Of a DNA stretch of 64,000 bases, positions 32,906 to 44,720 are shown piece by piece. This stretch comes from the human T2T-CHM13v2.0 reference genome, Homo sapiens: assembly GCF_009914755.1 (NCBI RefSeq), contig NC_060935.1. The stretch is one strand, 5' to 3'. Each line of letters starts with the position of its first letter. Position 1 is the stretch's first letter. Made by a program: the position numbers and the translations under genes. A model generated the notes under the pieces. That model was not told the DNA's origin and searched no databases. It saw nothing but the letters and a program-made list of their open reading frames with translations.

Positions 32906-35900
32906 AATCAAGTAGGGTTTGAGGTAAGGTAATAGGTTCCCCATCATTGGAGTGTTAAGCAGAGGCTATGTGTCAACACATCAGGAATGTCGGAGAGGAT
33001 TTGTATGCTCTGGGTTGGAGGTGGAAATAGCTGATTTCTACAGCCCCTAAAAACTATAATTCTATGATTTAAAACCATTATAAGAGCCCAGACTTCTGGT
33101 CGGTCAGGGACAGTAATCTATTACTAGGATTGAAATTCCCTGCTGGCTCAAGGGCCCAGAAGTTTCATTGTCTGAATTACTGTTCAAGCATGCCTTGCAT
33201 ATGCCTGTGGTCATCCACGTGTTCTGTGTGTGTACACGTGGGAGTGTGTGTGAACATGTGTTTGCCTAGAACTGTGCCCCGCTCTGTAAGACAGCCAGTT
33301 ATCATGTGTGAAAACATTCCATTTAATGGCATCATGAAGGGATAGATTCTGACGTGACCCAGGTCCGTGTTCTGCTCAGCTCCTCTGCCAAGTGTACACA
33401 CAAGAGACATTTCCCTCTGCTGATTTCTGTGATGTTTGTTCTTGGACAGAAAGCTTATCAATAAGGTCCTCAGACTGTCGATTCTCTTCAACAGCTGAGG
33501 GGCAGGAATGTGGGCTGGGATTTGATAACTTGTGGTTGAGACCCTGCCCAGGGCTACCCCTTCCAGAAAGAATTCTCTAAGCCCCTGGCATTTGTCTTCA
33601 TCCCCGTTGGATTCCTTTTGTAGGCTTTTTGCACCCTTTAAAGACTTTTTCTCATCGCACCTGAGGCACTCTCTGCCAATCTGTTATATCAGCTCTCTTC
33701 TCTTGGAGGAAAAGCATCTGACAAACAAGTAAGTACTGAGTGGTTGGTACCCAGGAGCACTGGTCATGTGCCAGGAACTGTGCCCATCACATGTCAACAA
33801 GGGCTTGTAACTCAGCAGGAAAGTTAGAGACAACCCCCAAAGTATAAAAACCTGCTACAGTCACTATGCAGAGGTGGGGATAGGGGATACAAAGTAAGTG
33901 GCACCAGAGCTGCATCTCTAGACTGGTTTCTACCTTGGTAAGGATGAATGTAGAAATGCTGGTCCTATGGCAACTAGAGAGTGGCAAAAATATCTAGGGA
34001 AGGAAGGTATTCCTGGGATACTGCCCATCATCCCTTGTAACTGTCCAATAAAAACTCTGACTATTTTGCAGAAAGGTTCCCCAATCTTCTCTCCACTGAG
34101 ATCTTGTAGCAACTGTTTAGATTGCTATTGTTCTCTCCATTTTGCAGACAAGAAGACCAAGGCTCAGGGAGGTTATGCAATGAGTCACCAGCAAGGACGT
34201 GCCAGAGCTGAGATGCAAACCAGGTCCTCGAGTTCCTGCTCTTGTGCCCTTTCCAGCACCTCTGCTCTCTCTTGGAAGCTGCCGGGGCGAGGCTCAGGCT
34301 GTGGCTGGTCCATCCTATGCTGGACCAAGTTGTCCCTAACCCTCCAGGGCTCTCTCACATCTGGGGAAAGATCTGTGGGCTTCTGGACAGCATTTCATTT
34401 GGCTACGTCTTGTGCTTGTGGCACTATGCGGGGCCTCTGGGGAACTTCTTTTGCTCACCATATTTCCTCATTTCCCGACCTGTCCCCTGCACAGCCAGGT
34501 TCCCTTTGAAATGCCATCTGGAGCAGCAATGGCCCCCAGACAGGCCGGCTAAGCAGCAGGGCAGCCACTCCCCAGAGCAAGCCTGGTGGCCGAGCCGGTG
34601 TGGGCAAAACAAGAAGACTCTTTCTGCTTCTGAATGATCTGGCCCTGCTGCCATGGGGTCCTTTATAAACTCTCTCCTGAGTTATTCTCTACTTATTGTT
34701 GTTATTGCTATTGATCCAGCCTCTAAACAGCAGAGATCCCAAGGCTCAATTTAAACCATCAATCACATTGATAATTCCTTTATTTGTAAAATTGTTACTT
34801 TGGAGACTCTCTGGATGCCTCCCAATACCCAAGAGAGGTGGGAAAATTCTTCCCTGAGGGAAACTGAGGCCCAGGGAGATGGGAAGATCAGCCAGGGGCT
34901 ACAGAGCTGAGCTGGACCCGGGCTCCGGATGCTTTGTTTCTTGCTCAGCTCCTGGGGTACCGGCTCCCCTCCTGCCACGGGCTGTTCTGAGCTCATGTGA
35001 GAGTCTCAGCCAAAGCTTCTCCAGCAACCTACAAAGACAAGGCACCCTTGAACCCTTAACGAGGGAGTGTGGGCCTTTTATTCCCCCAAAGGCCCCAGCA
35101 GCCCTCAGCCCAGCCTGCCTCCCTTTGTGCTTCAGCCTCAAAGGGGATACAATGAATAGCTTTTCCACTCTCCTCCATCCCAACCCCTAGGGATGAGATC
35201 TGTGCAAAAACCGAAAGGATCTTTTTGTAAATGGGGGGGTGGGGGCTGGGGGTGGATGTAACATCACAGATGCTTGCCTTTTCCATTCTGAGAATATTGG
35301 CAGGAGAAGAGGAATTAGGGTGGTACGTGGGTACCCGAGTTTCCTTATATGCGCAGAACAACGTGTCTTCCGGTGGGGGCACCATCACTTCTTACGGCAG
35401 CCAGTGGGGAGTGGGTTCTCTTTTCTTGGGGGCTCCTGGGCCAGCAGCAGTGGCACCATCCGGCCCTTCTGCTGCGGGACAGAAGCCGATGGTGAATGTG
35501 GGCAGTGTTCATGCTGCTTATTCAGCTCCCAACGTGTTCATAGTAGCAGCATCCAGGACGGCTTCCGCGGGGGACAACAACCACAGAGCACAAGCCTCCT
35601 CCCTGACAACCCTGCCTCGCTCCTCCTCGGCCCTGCTTGGGCTTCAGGGGTGCTCGTTCCCCTGCTGCGCAGCCACTCTCTCCCCTGCGCCCCACCTTTC
35701 AGCTTTACGGCGAGGCATCCGGCCTCACCTGTTAGCAGAAGCAAACATGAATCAAGCCCCCATTTCCAATCTTCCAGGCTCATAAAACTTGCCACGCTTT
35801 GCAAGGTGGGGTGGCCCATCCCCTATTTTATCTCTGGGGGAGAGCAGGCACAGATGCGGCTGATGGATGGGAAGTTTAGAAAATGAAGTCTTGGAAATCG

Positions 35901-36376
35901 ATAGAATATACAAGCTATGTATCATGTGAGCACCTCTTGTCTGCGCTTCAGTAAATCAAAAGTAACGAATGGCAGGCTTCCCGCAACCAGGGACCCCCGG
36001 CCTTTCGCTGAAGGCGGGGGCTTGCATAGTGATTGGGTTTTCACAGTCCAAGCACATGTTTTCTACTTCAGTAGACCTAAAAATAGGCCCTGATACTGAT
36101 TTTTTTCTTTTAATATCTCTGCCCCCCACTCCCAGCCCTTTTCCTCTTTAATTTCCATCCTGTAGGCACTTGGCGTCCAAACTTCTCCTGTAGAAGCGTG
36201 ATGTATTGCAAGATAAGCTGCCTCAGTGGTTCCCAGAATGAACGGTCATCCCCAGGGCTGTGTTACTGCGACATTAGCAAACTCTGATCCTCCTGCAGTT
36301 TGAATGCCTCAGCGCCTCGGAGATGATTATCTGTGAGGCTCCTTGCACCCCAGGCTGTGGGCAGCACTTGGCTGCA

Positions 36377-36460
36377 GAGTCGCTTGGAGGAGATTGGCAC
36401 AGGGGAGTCGCTTGGAGGAGATTGGCACAGGGGAGTTGCTTGGAGGAGATTCGCACAGGG
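36377..36460. repeat. Minisatellite, 28 bp x3
   Basis: gagtcgcttggaggagattggcacaggg twice identical; third copy has 2 substitutions. Confidence 0.95.
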
Positions 36461-36589
36461 GTTGGCGGAAGCCAGGAGGCCAGAGGGCCTGGAGGTGGAG
36501 TAGGAGTCCCCTGGCTCTGCACTGCTCAGCTTCCGGCCAATATCCATCCTCTCATCCCCAAAAAACACCCAGATTTGAATCTCAAGTCA

Positions 36590-38570
36590 GAAGACTCCAC
36601 CACACCACCCCCTTCCCCTCCTGGTTGCAGCCATCTCTGGACCCCCATGGCCTCCCCACCTTCCTTGAATATTTTGGTTTCTAGATCATTGTCATTCTCC
36701 CCAGTCATCCCCAGCATAATTCATGGGGATTCTTCCCCCAGCCTGGCCTTTTCCTATTTTGATTTCGTCTCCTCTGATGAGCTTGTCTTCAACTGCCCCC
36801 CAGCTTCCACCTTGGCTTTGTCATTGTCACCCCTTTCTACGGTTCCGTAGTCTCCAGCTTAAGCCTTCTACTCTCCAGCCCCCACATCCAGTGACTTCAG
36901 TTCACTCCTTCAGGGATCACCTTCCAGCCCCACTTGTAACTTGTCAGTCCTATCACCTGTCCACTTTCCCTTCTACTATCCCAGCATACCTGCTAACCTG
37001 CTACAGTTTCCTGACCAATCGTCGTAATAACCCCATTGCAAACGCTCTCATCCCTTGCCCCTCTTACTTCCCAGTTGCTTAGCAAAACCTCGACGGGGTT
37101 AAATCCAACTTTCCCCCTCTGTGGTGCTTACACCTTTGTGAGCAGAGTGTGGCTGGAGAACAATACCCCAAGTGTGCTGACAGGCCCACTTTGAATCGAT
37201 GAGCCTTAAACTCAAGTGGGCGTTGGTTGCCGGCTGGCATCATACATCATTTCTCTGGTCCATTCATTCTCACGCTTTCCCAGATGAGTGGTCATACCTC
37301 CCCCTTTCTCCTTACACCTCCACCACCTCCCCCTCCATCCTCATCTCCACAAATAACCTTGCTGTCTAGTCGCTGAAAGAATGGAACAATCAAAAAGAAT
37401 GTTCACAAACTCCCACCCCTGCAACTGCCCTCCCTCCCACGTGTGTTTCAACTCCTCTACCTCACTCGGGTTCTGTGCAGGGACTGTCCATGCTCCTGGC
37501 CTGTGTCAGATCTGACCCCTCTCGCCTGCTCAAGGACATGCCCTGGGCACTCGCCCTGCTTGAGCCTGCATCATCCATTGTTCACTCTCTCCCAGTCCAC
37601 CCCCATCAGCATGCAAACCTGCTCTTATTTCTCCTGTCCTAAAAAAAATGTGCCCACCTCTTCCTCCACCAACTTACAGCAACCTTCTTGAAAGATCTGT
37701 CCACCCTCACTCTCCCAAACTCCTCTCCTCCCACTCTTTTCTAGACCATTCAGGGTCTCATCCCTGCCGTTCTAACTAGCTGTTCTTGTCAAGGCCATTG
37801 TTGCCTTTCCTGGTGCTAAATTCAGTGGTGGCTTCTCAGGTCCCATCCTGACCTATCGGCAGCATTTGGCAGTACCGCACTCCTTTCTTACTGAAATACT
37901 TTCTTCACCAACGTCCAAGACCCACACAGTCCTGGTTTTCCTCCATCTTCACTGGCTTCTCCTGTCTCTGGTGCTGGTTTCCCTTCATCTCACCAGCTCC
38001 TTGACATTGCAGGTGCCCAGGGCTCAGCCTCTGAGCCTTTCCTATTTTTCTCTCTACACACAGCGCCTTGGTAATCTCAGCCAGATACATGGCCTGAAAT
38101 GGTTTAAATGCAGCTATATGGTGGCATCTCCAAATTTATATCTCCTCTGAACTCTAAAGTACATACTTGACATGTCACTTCCCTGCCTAAGCCTTTCAGT
38201 GACTCTTCTCTGGCTGAAAGATAAAGTCAGAAATCCTGAATGGGACATAAGAGCTCCTTGATGCTCTGCCCCACTCCTGTTATTTTCCATTCTTAACTCT
38301 CAGTCTGGCACTGCCTTGGCCTCTGTGATCCTCTGATTCTGTAACCAGGCCAATCTCCTCAGGCCTTTGACAGTGTTATCCCCTCCCAAGGACTCCCAGC
38401 AACCCTCCCTCTCCTCCCAGGCTTGGCTAATTACTTCTTCAGGTTTCACGGACCTCTGATGTCCTGCCTAAGGTTCAGGTAGCCTCCGGTGCTCAACCCT
38501 GTCATAGAAATGACCAGCTTGCATGTGGCCATACACTGGACTGGGGGCTCCTTGAAGGCAGACACCATCC
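36590..38570 (+). mobile_element. Long L2 LINE fragment with decayed ORF2
   Basis: C/T-rich. ~37750-37910 resembles L2 RT (ctgttcttgtcaagg, like ALVKV; gacctatcggcagcatttg, like DLSAAF). Confidence 0.75.
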
Positions 38571-38624
38571 CATTGCAGTGGGATCTCCTGGAAAAGTCTG
38601 CCCATTTCCTATCTACCATTTAGT

Positions 38625-39020
38625 CCTATTTGTTCCTATACTATAGCCCCAATTTTGCGAGAGGTGGCAACATGCCCAACTGACTCCTAGCTTCTTTCTG
38701 GACAGGGGTGGCCATACAACTAGTCTCAGCCAGTGGAGGGCAGGTTCCTGGGAAAGCTGTGTTCTCCTAAGATAACCACTGCCACTTCTGTTTTCCTTCC
38801 CATGATCAGAGGCCATAGAGGAAGTGGCCATTTGTGACCATGAACAATAAGCCACATGCTAAAGACAGTGGCAGGACAGAGGGAGCAGGAGCATCATGAC
38901 ATCATGGAGCTGCAGGCTCTAGACTGTGGATTAGGGGGATGTGGAAACAAGCAGCAACGCCCCTCCCGTTTAGCTAGCCCTCTCTAGTTGTTTTTCTGTG
39001 ACCCGCTGCTGAACACATTT
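38625..39020 (+). mobile_element. MLT1 (J/K-like) fragment
   Basis: gtggccatttgtgaccatga...aagccacatgctaaaga...tgacatcatggagctgc...gctgaacaca. Confidence 0.55.
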
Positions 39021-40297
39021 CTGCAGGAAACACCCCAACTCTGGCAGAGACCCTAGGGGACACGGCTGTGTGATGAATGATTGCACGGACTGCTTACCAG
39101 TTTCAACCCACATTGTGCTTTCCAGCGTTTGCCTGAACTCTGCTTCTGCTCCCTCTACCACTCCATTTATGTCTAGTGAAAGGAAATTTCTCTCTCAAAT
39201 CTCAGAGTGAATACCTCCTCTTGAAGTGGGCTCTGACCCCTTCTATCCTATGTGCACCTGGATTTGTTAATGTGCATCATCCATCTGCTATTTAAACCAC
39301 CATGATTGGTGTTATAGCTATTCATAGGTGATTCTGACCTCCTGCTTAGGAGGCCCTAGAGAGTAGGTTAATACATGTATTTGCCCTCCCCACCGCATAC
39401 CCACCTACATAACCCTCCCAGAGCCTAGAACACTGCGTCATGCATCACAGATAATCAGTAAATACTTTTTGGACGAGAGCTGTGGCTGTCCAGTAGCCCC
39501 GCCCACCTCCTCTGGCAAATCCTTTCTGACCACATCACCCCACTTTCTGCACCACGCTTTTGGTGACGGCACCAATTTCCTTGTCTTGGGTTTGTTGCCT
39601 ATAAATACATTGAAAGCTCAAGTTTGGCAGAAGTCACATCCAAATCTGAGTTTCTGCTCTCTCCTCCTCATTCCCAAGATAGAGTCGGTACCTTACAGAA
39701 AGTGGAGGGAACGCATGTGCTGATCAAATGCTTGACTTGGCTAAAGCGGATACTTGCTGCTGGCATTGGTGGTCTAACCCCCCTTTGAAGGAGGTTGGTG
39801 GCCTGCCTCCTTTTCTCTCTGAAGGCCTTCCAAACATGTCGGCTGCTTTTCAGAGCCTTGATTCCCGACCCCATGCAGAGATTTCAGAAACACTCTAGAG
39901 GCCTGGCTTTTATTTCCTAAAACAGATTTCCTAGAGCTCATCCAAGTTCTTGGTGGTACAGGCTCTTTTAACTCATCCCACTTCTCTCAACTACTCTCCA
40001 AATCTCTCCTCTGTAATCTGGTTCCTTTTGGCCCCTCCTTTTCTCAGATGATTTCTAGGTGTGAAAGAGCATCCCATTTGGGGACAGATTAATTCTAGGA
40101 AACCCTAGAGGGATTTCCCTAAAAATGCAATCCAAGACAAACAAATCCCAGGACCTCACTCTTTAAAGCTGAAAGCCAGGAGACAGTCCCCAGGCAGCAG
40201 AAGCATTTGACTAATGAGTTTGTGGCAGAATCTGTACCCTTGATTCTTGGAAACATAAGCCTGTAAATTGATTGAGCAGAGGAGCTAAGAGATCATC

Positions 40298-40396
40298 TCA
40301 ACTCAAATGCCACAAGGACCAGGAAGGCAGCGTAAATGAGTTATTTGGGATTTGCATGATGCGTGACAACTGACATCCATCTTAAATGTTGGAGAG
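40298..40396 (+). mobile_element. hAT MITE (MER102-like), left half
   Basis: aactcaaatgccacaaggaccaggaaggcagcgtaaatgag matches the recalled 5' end; appears to continue at 47064. Confidence 0.5.
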
Positions 40397-40924
40397 TGTC
40401 TTCACCTGGGTTCCCCAGAAAGCAGAGCCTGAGATACAGGCTCATTGGTGTGCCACAATTGTCTCTGGGGTGCAAGAGTATGAGGTCAGGGGAGTGAGGC
40501 AGAGAAAGGTAGAGAGACAATATGAGGATGCATTATCAAACTGGCCACCACCGAGGGCAACTTCATGCTCAATCTTGTGGAAATACACCCAAGAAGCTAC
40601 GAAAACTGTCCAGGTGGTGGGGGCAGGGGAGAAAGAAGGAAGATTTGTCTACCAGCTCCGATATCCCATTTGCCAAAGGTTGGCCCCACTAAGCACTAAC
40701 TTACCTTCACTTCTGGATTTTAATCCATGACAGCCCAAATATGTTCATTGGCATCCCATGTCTTGGTGTCTACAGTGCTGGAGGTGAGAGGTACGCGGTG
40801 GGCAGCCCAGACACCAGGCATGACCCCCCCAGGTAGTAACTCACTGCATGATGCCTGTTGGAGCCCATGCAGGGCTGCTCACTGCTGTAGCAGAACGAAA
40901 GGTGCCTAAGAGATGGCTCATACG
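40397..40924 (-). mobile_element. 3' LTR (LTR16 family)
   Basis: tgtcttcacctgggttccccagaaagcagagcctgag...ggtgcctaagagatggctcatacg; homologous to 46511-47063. Confidence 0.8.
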
Positions 40925-41086
40925 ATCCACCCCAGCACTACTCCATCCACCTAAGAGATGGCTCATACGATCCACCCCAGCACTACTCCATCCACCTAAG
41001 AGATGGCTCATACGATCCACCCCAGCACTACTCCATCCACCTAAGAAATGGCTCATAGGATCCACCCCAGCCCTACTCCATCCACC
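40905..41086. repeat. Tandem repeat, 45 bp x4, spanning the PPT/3'LTR junction
   Basis: cctaagagatggctcatacgatccaccccagcactactccatcca; copies 1-3 identical, copy 4 has 3 substitutions. Confidence 0.97.
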
Positions 41087-41227
41087 CTGACTTTCCATCA
41101 CATCTGGCACTCAGAATACAAAGTGAGGCCTCCATTTTTGTGAACAGAGAGCTTCACGTCTTTTCTGAAGGGGAAGGTACAAATACAGCCAGTCACAGAG
41201 TCTCCTCCAAGATGGTAGTTAGCTAGA

Positions 41228-41370
41228 TTTTTTTTTTTAAGAGATAAAGTCTCACTCTGTCGCCAAGGCTGGGATGCAGTGGCACAATCATAGCTCACTG
41301 TAGCCTTGAACTCCTGGGCTCAAGTGATCCTCTCATCTTGGCCTGCTAAAGTGCTAGGATTGTGGGTACA
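41228..41370 (-). mobile_element. Alu monomer (AluJ/FAM-like)
   Basis: Poly-T, then gtctcactctgtcgcc...ctcctgggctcaagtgatcc...aaagtgctaggatt. Confidence 0.85.
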
Positions 41371-41552
41371 GAAATAATTGTAAAGAGTTCAGGTAAGAGG
41401 ATTGGTGAAACAAGCCACAGTCTCACTGCTGCAAGTGGTCTTGAGGCTGCAATTTAACATCACCATCTTTCTCCACCCTCCATCCTAGATTTTCCTCACC
41501 TTTGGCCAGCACTTTGGCTGGTGTGGATCGCTGACCTTGTGGGACCTGGTTT

Positions 41553-41833
41553 GTGTTGTTGCTGTTGTTGTTTGTTTTGTTTTGTTTTGTGATGGAGTCT
41601 CGCTCTGTCACCCAGGCTGGAGTGCAGTGACGTGATCTTGGCTCACTGCAACCTCCGCCTCCCGGGTTCAAACAATTCTCCTGCCTCAGCCTCCTGAGTA
41701 GCTGAGACTACAGACCTGTGCCACCACACCCGGCTAATTTTTCTGTATTTTTAGTAGAGATGGGATTTCACCATGTTAGTCAGGATGGTCTCAATCTCCT
41801 GACCTCATGATCTGCCCGCCTCGGCCTTCCAAA
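41553..41833 (-). mobile_element. AluSc-like, 5'-truncated
   Basis: TSD gggacctggttt at 41541-41552 and 41834-41845; ggatggtctcaatctcctgacctcatgatc. Confidence 0.92.
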
Positions 41834-41964
41834 GGGACCTGGTTTTTTATCCCTGCAGAGTCCAGGCTCCTAGTGGCTTTGCCCTTGTTGAGTCACAGTT
41901 ATCATTATCATGGAAGCAGCAAAAGATGCCCCAGTGAATCTTCTGGCTTTCAGACACACTCCCC

Positions 41965-42125
41965 GCTGCCCCCATTGAGTAGCAGCAACACCCCTAATTT
42001 CTCGTGGCAGTCAGGGTAATCAATCCTGCCAACATAGTAACTATTTTCTTTACTTGATGGTCGACCAGCATGAGGAACCCAGAGTATCTAGGTAATTGTC
42101 GTGACTTCAAGTTCAGTAGCACCCC
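41965..42125 (-). pseudogene. ERVL dUTPase remnant
   Basis: My translation: LLNLKSRQLPRYSGFLMLVDHQVKKIVTMLAGLI / frameshift / PDCHEKLGVLLLLNGG. Resembles HERV-L dUTPase (GVTVLAGVIDPDY...LLLHNGG). Confidence 0.8.
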
Positions 42126-42189
42126 CTACCCTTTGTCCTCTGGCATTCATCACCTGGGAATCAGGACCTCTCACCTGGCAGAGCCTAAG

Positions 42190-43100
42190 TTTACCGGGAG
42201 AGGAGGCACAAACTTCTCAAGCAGTTCTCTAGGAATAATGGTGGGAGGGTAAATCCCACACCTTGATTCCCACTTGTGTGTGCTCTACCTATTAGAGACA
42301 TGTGGGTCATCGTTTTAGCACATCCTTTAGGATGCAATATATGCAATGTATTCTCCCTGAGTTGGTGCCTTAGCTTAATAGGACATTTCACCACTGTCTT
42401 TGGCTGGCTGCTTTAGCATGATGGGGTTCAGATATGATAAGACCAGTGGATCCCATGACCATGTGCCTATTGGTACACCTCCTTAGATGACTTGGGTTTC
42501 TTGGTTTGAGACAATGTCATATGGGATATCATGGCAAGAAACTAGGTATTTTGTAGACTCTCAGATGGTGGTACTGGTGGGGGCTCTGTGGACAGGAAGG
42601 CAGGGGTAGAAGTGGGATTTACCCTCCCACCATTATTCCTAGAGACCTGCTTGAGAAGTTTGTGCCTCCCAGAGTAGTACCAATGCTGGAAAGAATAAAT
42701 TGCTGCCCCTCCCAGCATTGAAGGAATCTGATTCAGTCAACCTACCACAAAGTGGCTGGCTAGTCTCCTGAAGGAACGGTGCCACATTAAGGTCTCTGTA
42801 TGAATCTCTGTTGCTGCCTGTTTGCGTATTCAGTGGTGGCAGCTGCATGATCAGTCTTGGTGAGAAGGAACCCATGATGTTGGCCCATGCGTAGCCTCCA
42901 TCCTTTCTGTCACAGTCACTCTGCATCTGCATGGGGTGGCTGATAAGAGAAGCTGGCTGACATCCCCAGGATGAATCATCCTTTCCATCTGATCGGTGAG
43001 AATTTCCTCTGCCATCAATGCTTCTGGCATTAGTGGGAGATACATGATCTGCATGTTTTGTTGCTTTATTTCCACTACCATAGGCCCATCTACATACCTC
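42190..43100 (-). pseudogene. ERVL RNase H C-terminus/integrase remnant
   Basis: ORF-track peptides AEEILTDQMERMIHPGDVSQLLLSATP, DRKDGGYAWA and IGRAHTSGNQGV resemble HERV-L pol. Multiple frameshifts. Confidence 0.8.
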
Positions 43101-43188
43101 TCCCTGATCTTTCAATCTAATTCTTTCTAAGCTCCTGACTTAGAAGCCAGGTGACTGGCGACCATACAGGAGTCCGTGTAAATCCATG

Positions 43189-43346
43189 TTTCAGGCTGCA
43201 TTTCCCTCTCTGAGAAGTGGACAACCAAGTGTACTGCTCATGGCACTGCCCACTGATAGGATTTTTCAGGCTGCATTTCTCTCTCTGAGAAGTGGACAAC
43301 CAAGTGTACTACTGCTCATGGCACTGCCCACTGATAGGATTTTTCA
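43189..43346. repeat. Tandem duplication, ~75 bp x2
   Basis: tttcaggctgcatttc(c/t)ctctctgagaagtggacaaccaagtgtac(tac)tgctcatggcactgcccactgataggatt twice. Confidence 0.95.
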
Positions 43347-43749
43347 TCACTACTGATCTTAGGGCCATTTTGTGTTCTCACCAACATAATGTGCTGGCCT
43401 ATTTGTTATCCAGATACAAGTTATTTTCCACCTCTGTTGGTCAGAACCCCACATGAGTCCATAGGTATGAACTAGGGGAGAAGGGCTAGTGAAATAGAGG
43501 TCATTGACATGGGATCTGTTCATTTAGTTCATTTGTGCTTTTTGGTCCTGCTTGGCCTCTTCCTGAAGATACCATTTCCACCATACAGGGAACTCTATTG
43601 CCTTGACTCCATGACTCGGTGGATTCGAGAAGAAGCCCCTGATGAGTAGCTCGGGTTTTGTAGTCACTTGGTGCTGCATGGTCCCTCTCTCTTCCAGGGC
43701 CCACACCAAAAGGTGCTTCAGAAAGCATGGCCTTGTTCCAGACCGTAGG

Positions 43750-44720
43750 GGGTTTTCACTACCTCTCTTCTATTGAGGCTCTGCCAAAGACTCCCCATGC
43801 ATTTTCACCCACCTCACATACCTCTAGAGAGTCTAATCTGCTGGGACATACAACCCTAGTGTTGGATTGCACCAGTGGCTAAAACCCCTGCAGACCTTTA
43901 TTTTGCTTTGGGCTCCACTCAAAACTAGAAGCTTTGCCAGTCACCCCAAAATTGAGTCAGATTGGTGTTGCCAAATGTGCTACATACTGCCTCAAAAATC
44001 CAGAGACCCACTAAGCACAGTGCCTGTTTCTTAGTGGAAGGAGGTATGCAATCCAACAGTTTGTCTTTTACCTTAAAGTGTGGGTCTTAGAATGCTCCAA
44101 ACCACTAGACCCCTAAAAACATCACCTATGTGCATAGTCCTAGATTTTCATTCAGTTATCTCCTACCTCCTGTTCTCAAGTGCTTAATAAAATCTCCAAG
44201 CTTTCCATTTTGTGCTCACCAGGTACAATTTGCTTGATGTCATCAATACAGTGAGCCAGTGTGATATTCTGCGGAATTGAAGATGACTACAGTCCCTTTG
44301 GACTACACTATGACAAAGAACAAGAGTGTTAGCACAGCCCTGGGGTAAGACAACAAATGTGTCCCCACCATATGAAGATGAACTGACTTTGATCCTCCCT
44401 ACTGATGGGGAAGAAGGCATTTGCTTGATCAATAGCCTCTTACAAATGCCAGAGGCTATTTGACCTGCTCTAGTAAAATTACCACATCTGGCACAGAAGC
44501 TGCAATCAGGGTTGCTGCCTGGTTTCGTTTATACGAGTCCTCAGTCATTCCCCATGAGCAATTTGGTTTTAGCAGGTCCAGAATGATGAGCTGAATGAGG
44601 ATGTGATGGGAAACACCTACCCTACATCCTCTAAGTTTTTAACGAGGGCACTAATCTCTGAAATTTCTCCTATAATGTGGCAATAATTCTTCCATTTTAC
44701 AATCTTGTCTGAGCAGGGTG
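43750..44720 (-). pseudogene. ERVL reverse transcriptase remnant
   Basis: TFVVLPQGCANTLVLCHSVVQRD (like [23 protein letters not shown]); after a frameshift, PQNITLAHCIDDI at ~44237-44275 (YIDD mutated to CIDD). Boundaries approximate. Confidence 0.85.

Larger units (their letters stand above)
28500..33070 (+). mobile_element. Fragmented L3/CR1 LINE (ORF2/RT remnants and 3' tail), interrupted by several younger elements
   Basis: Collinear CR1-like pieces: ~28590-29130; ~30590-30775 (aaccagcataggttcactaag, like SQHGFTK); ~31190-31335; ~31930-32130 (caatttgcaaatgtcccaaagctg, like KFADDTKL); ~32410-32520; 3' tail ending attctatgatt at ~33069. Confidence 0.65.

Noticed and set aside
35231-35886. 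Overlapping 184-aa and 215-aa ORFs
   Set aside because: No recognisable domain; long frames are expected in GC-rich DNA.
40841-41110. Repeat-protein-like ORFs on both strands; CRISPR-like appearance
   Set aside because: Head-to-tail 45-bp tandem with no unique spacers, inside an ERV; no cas genes; eukaryotic DNA.
42191-44432. Functional or domesticated retroviral pol
   Set aside because: Many frameshifts and stops, YIDD changed to CIDD, and insertions within the frame.
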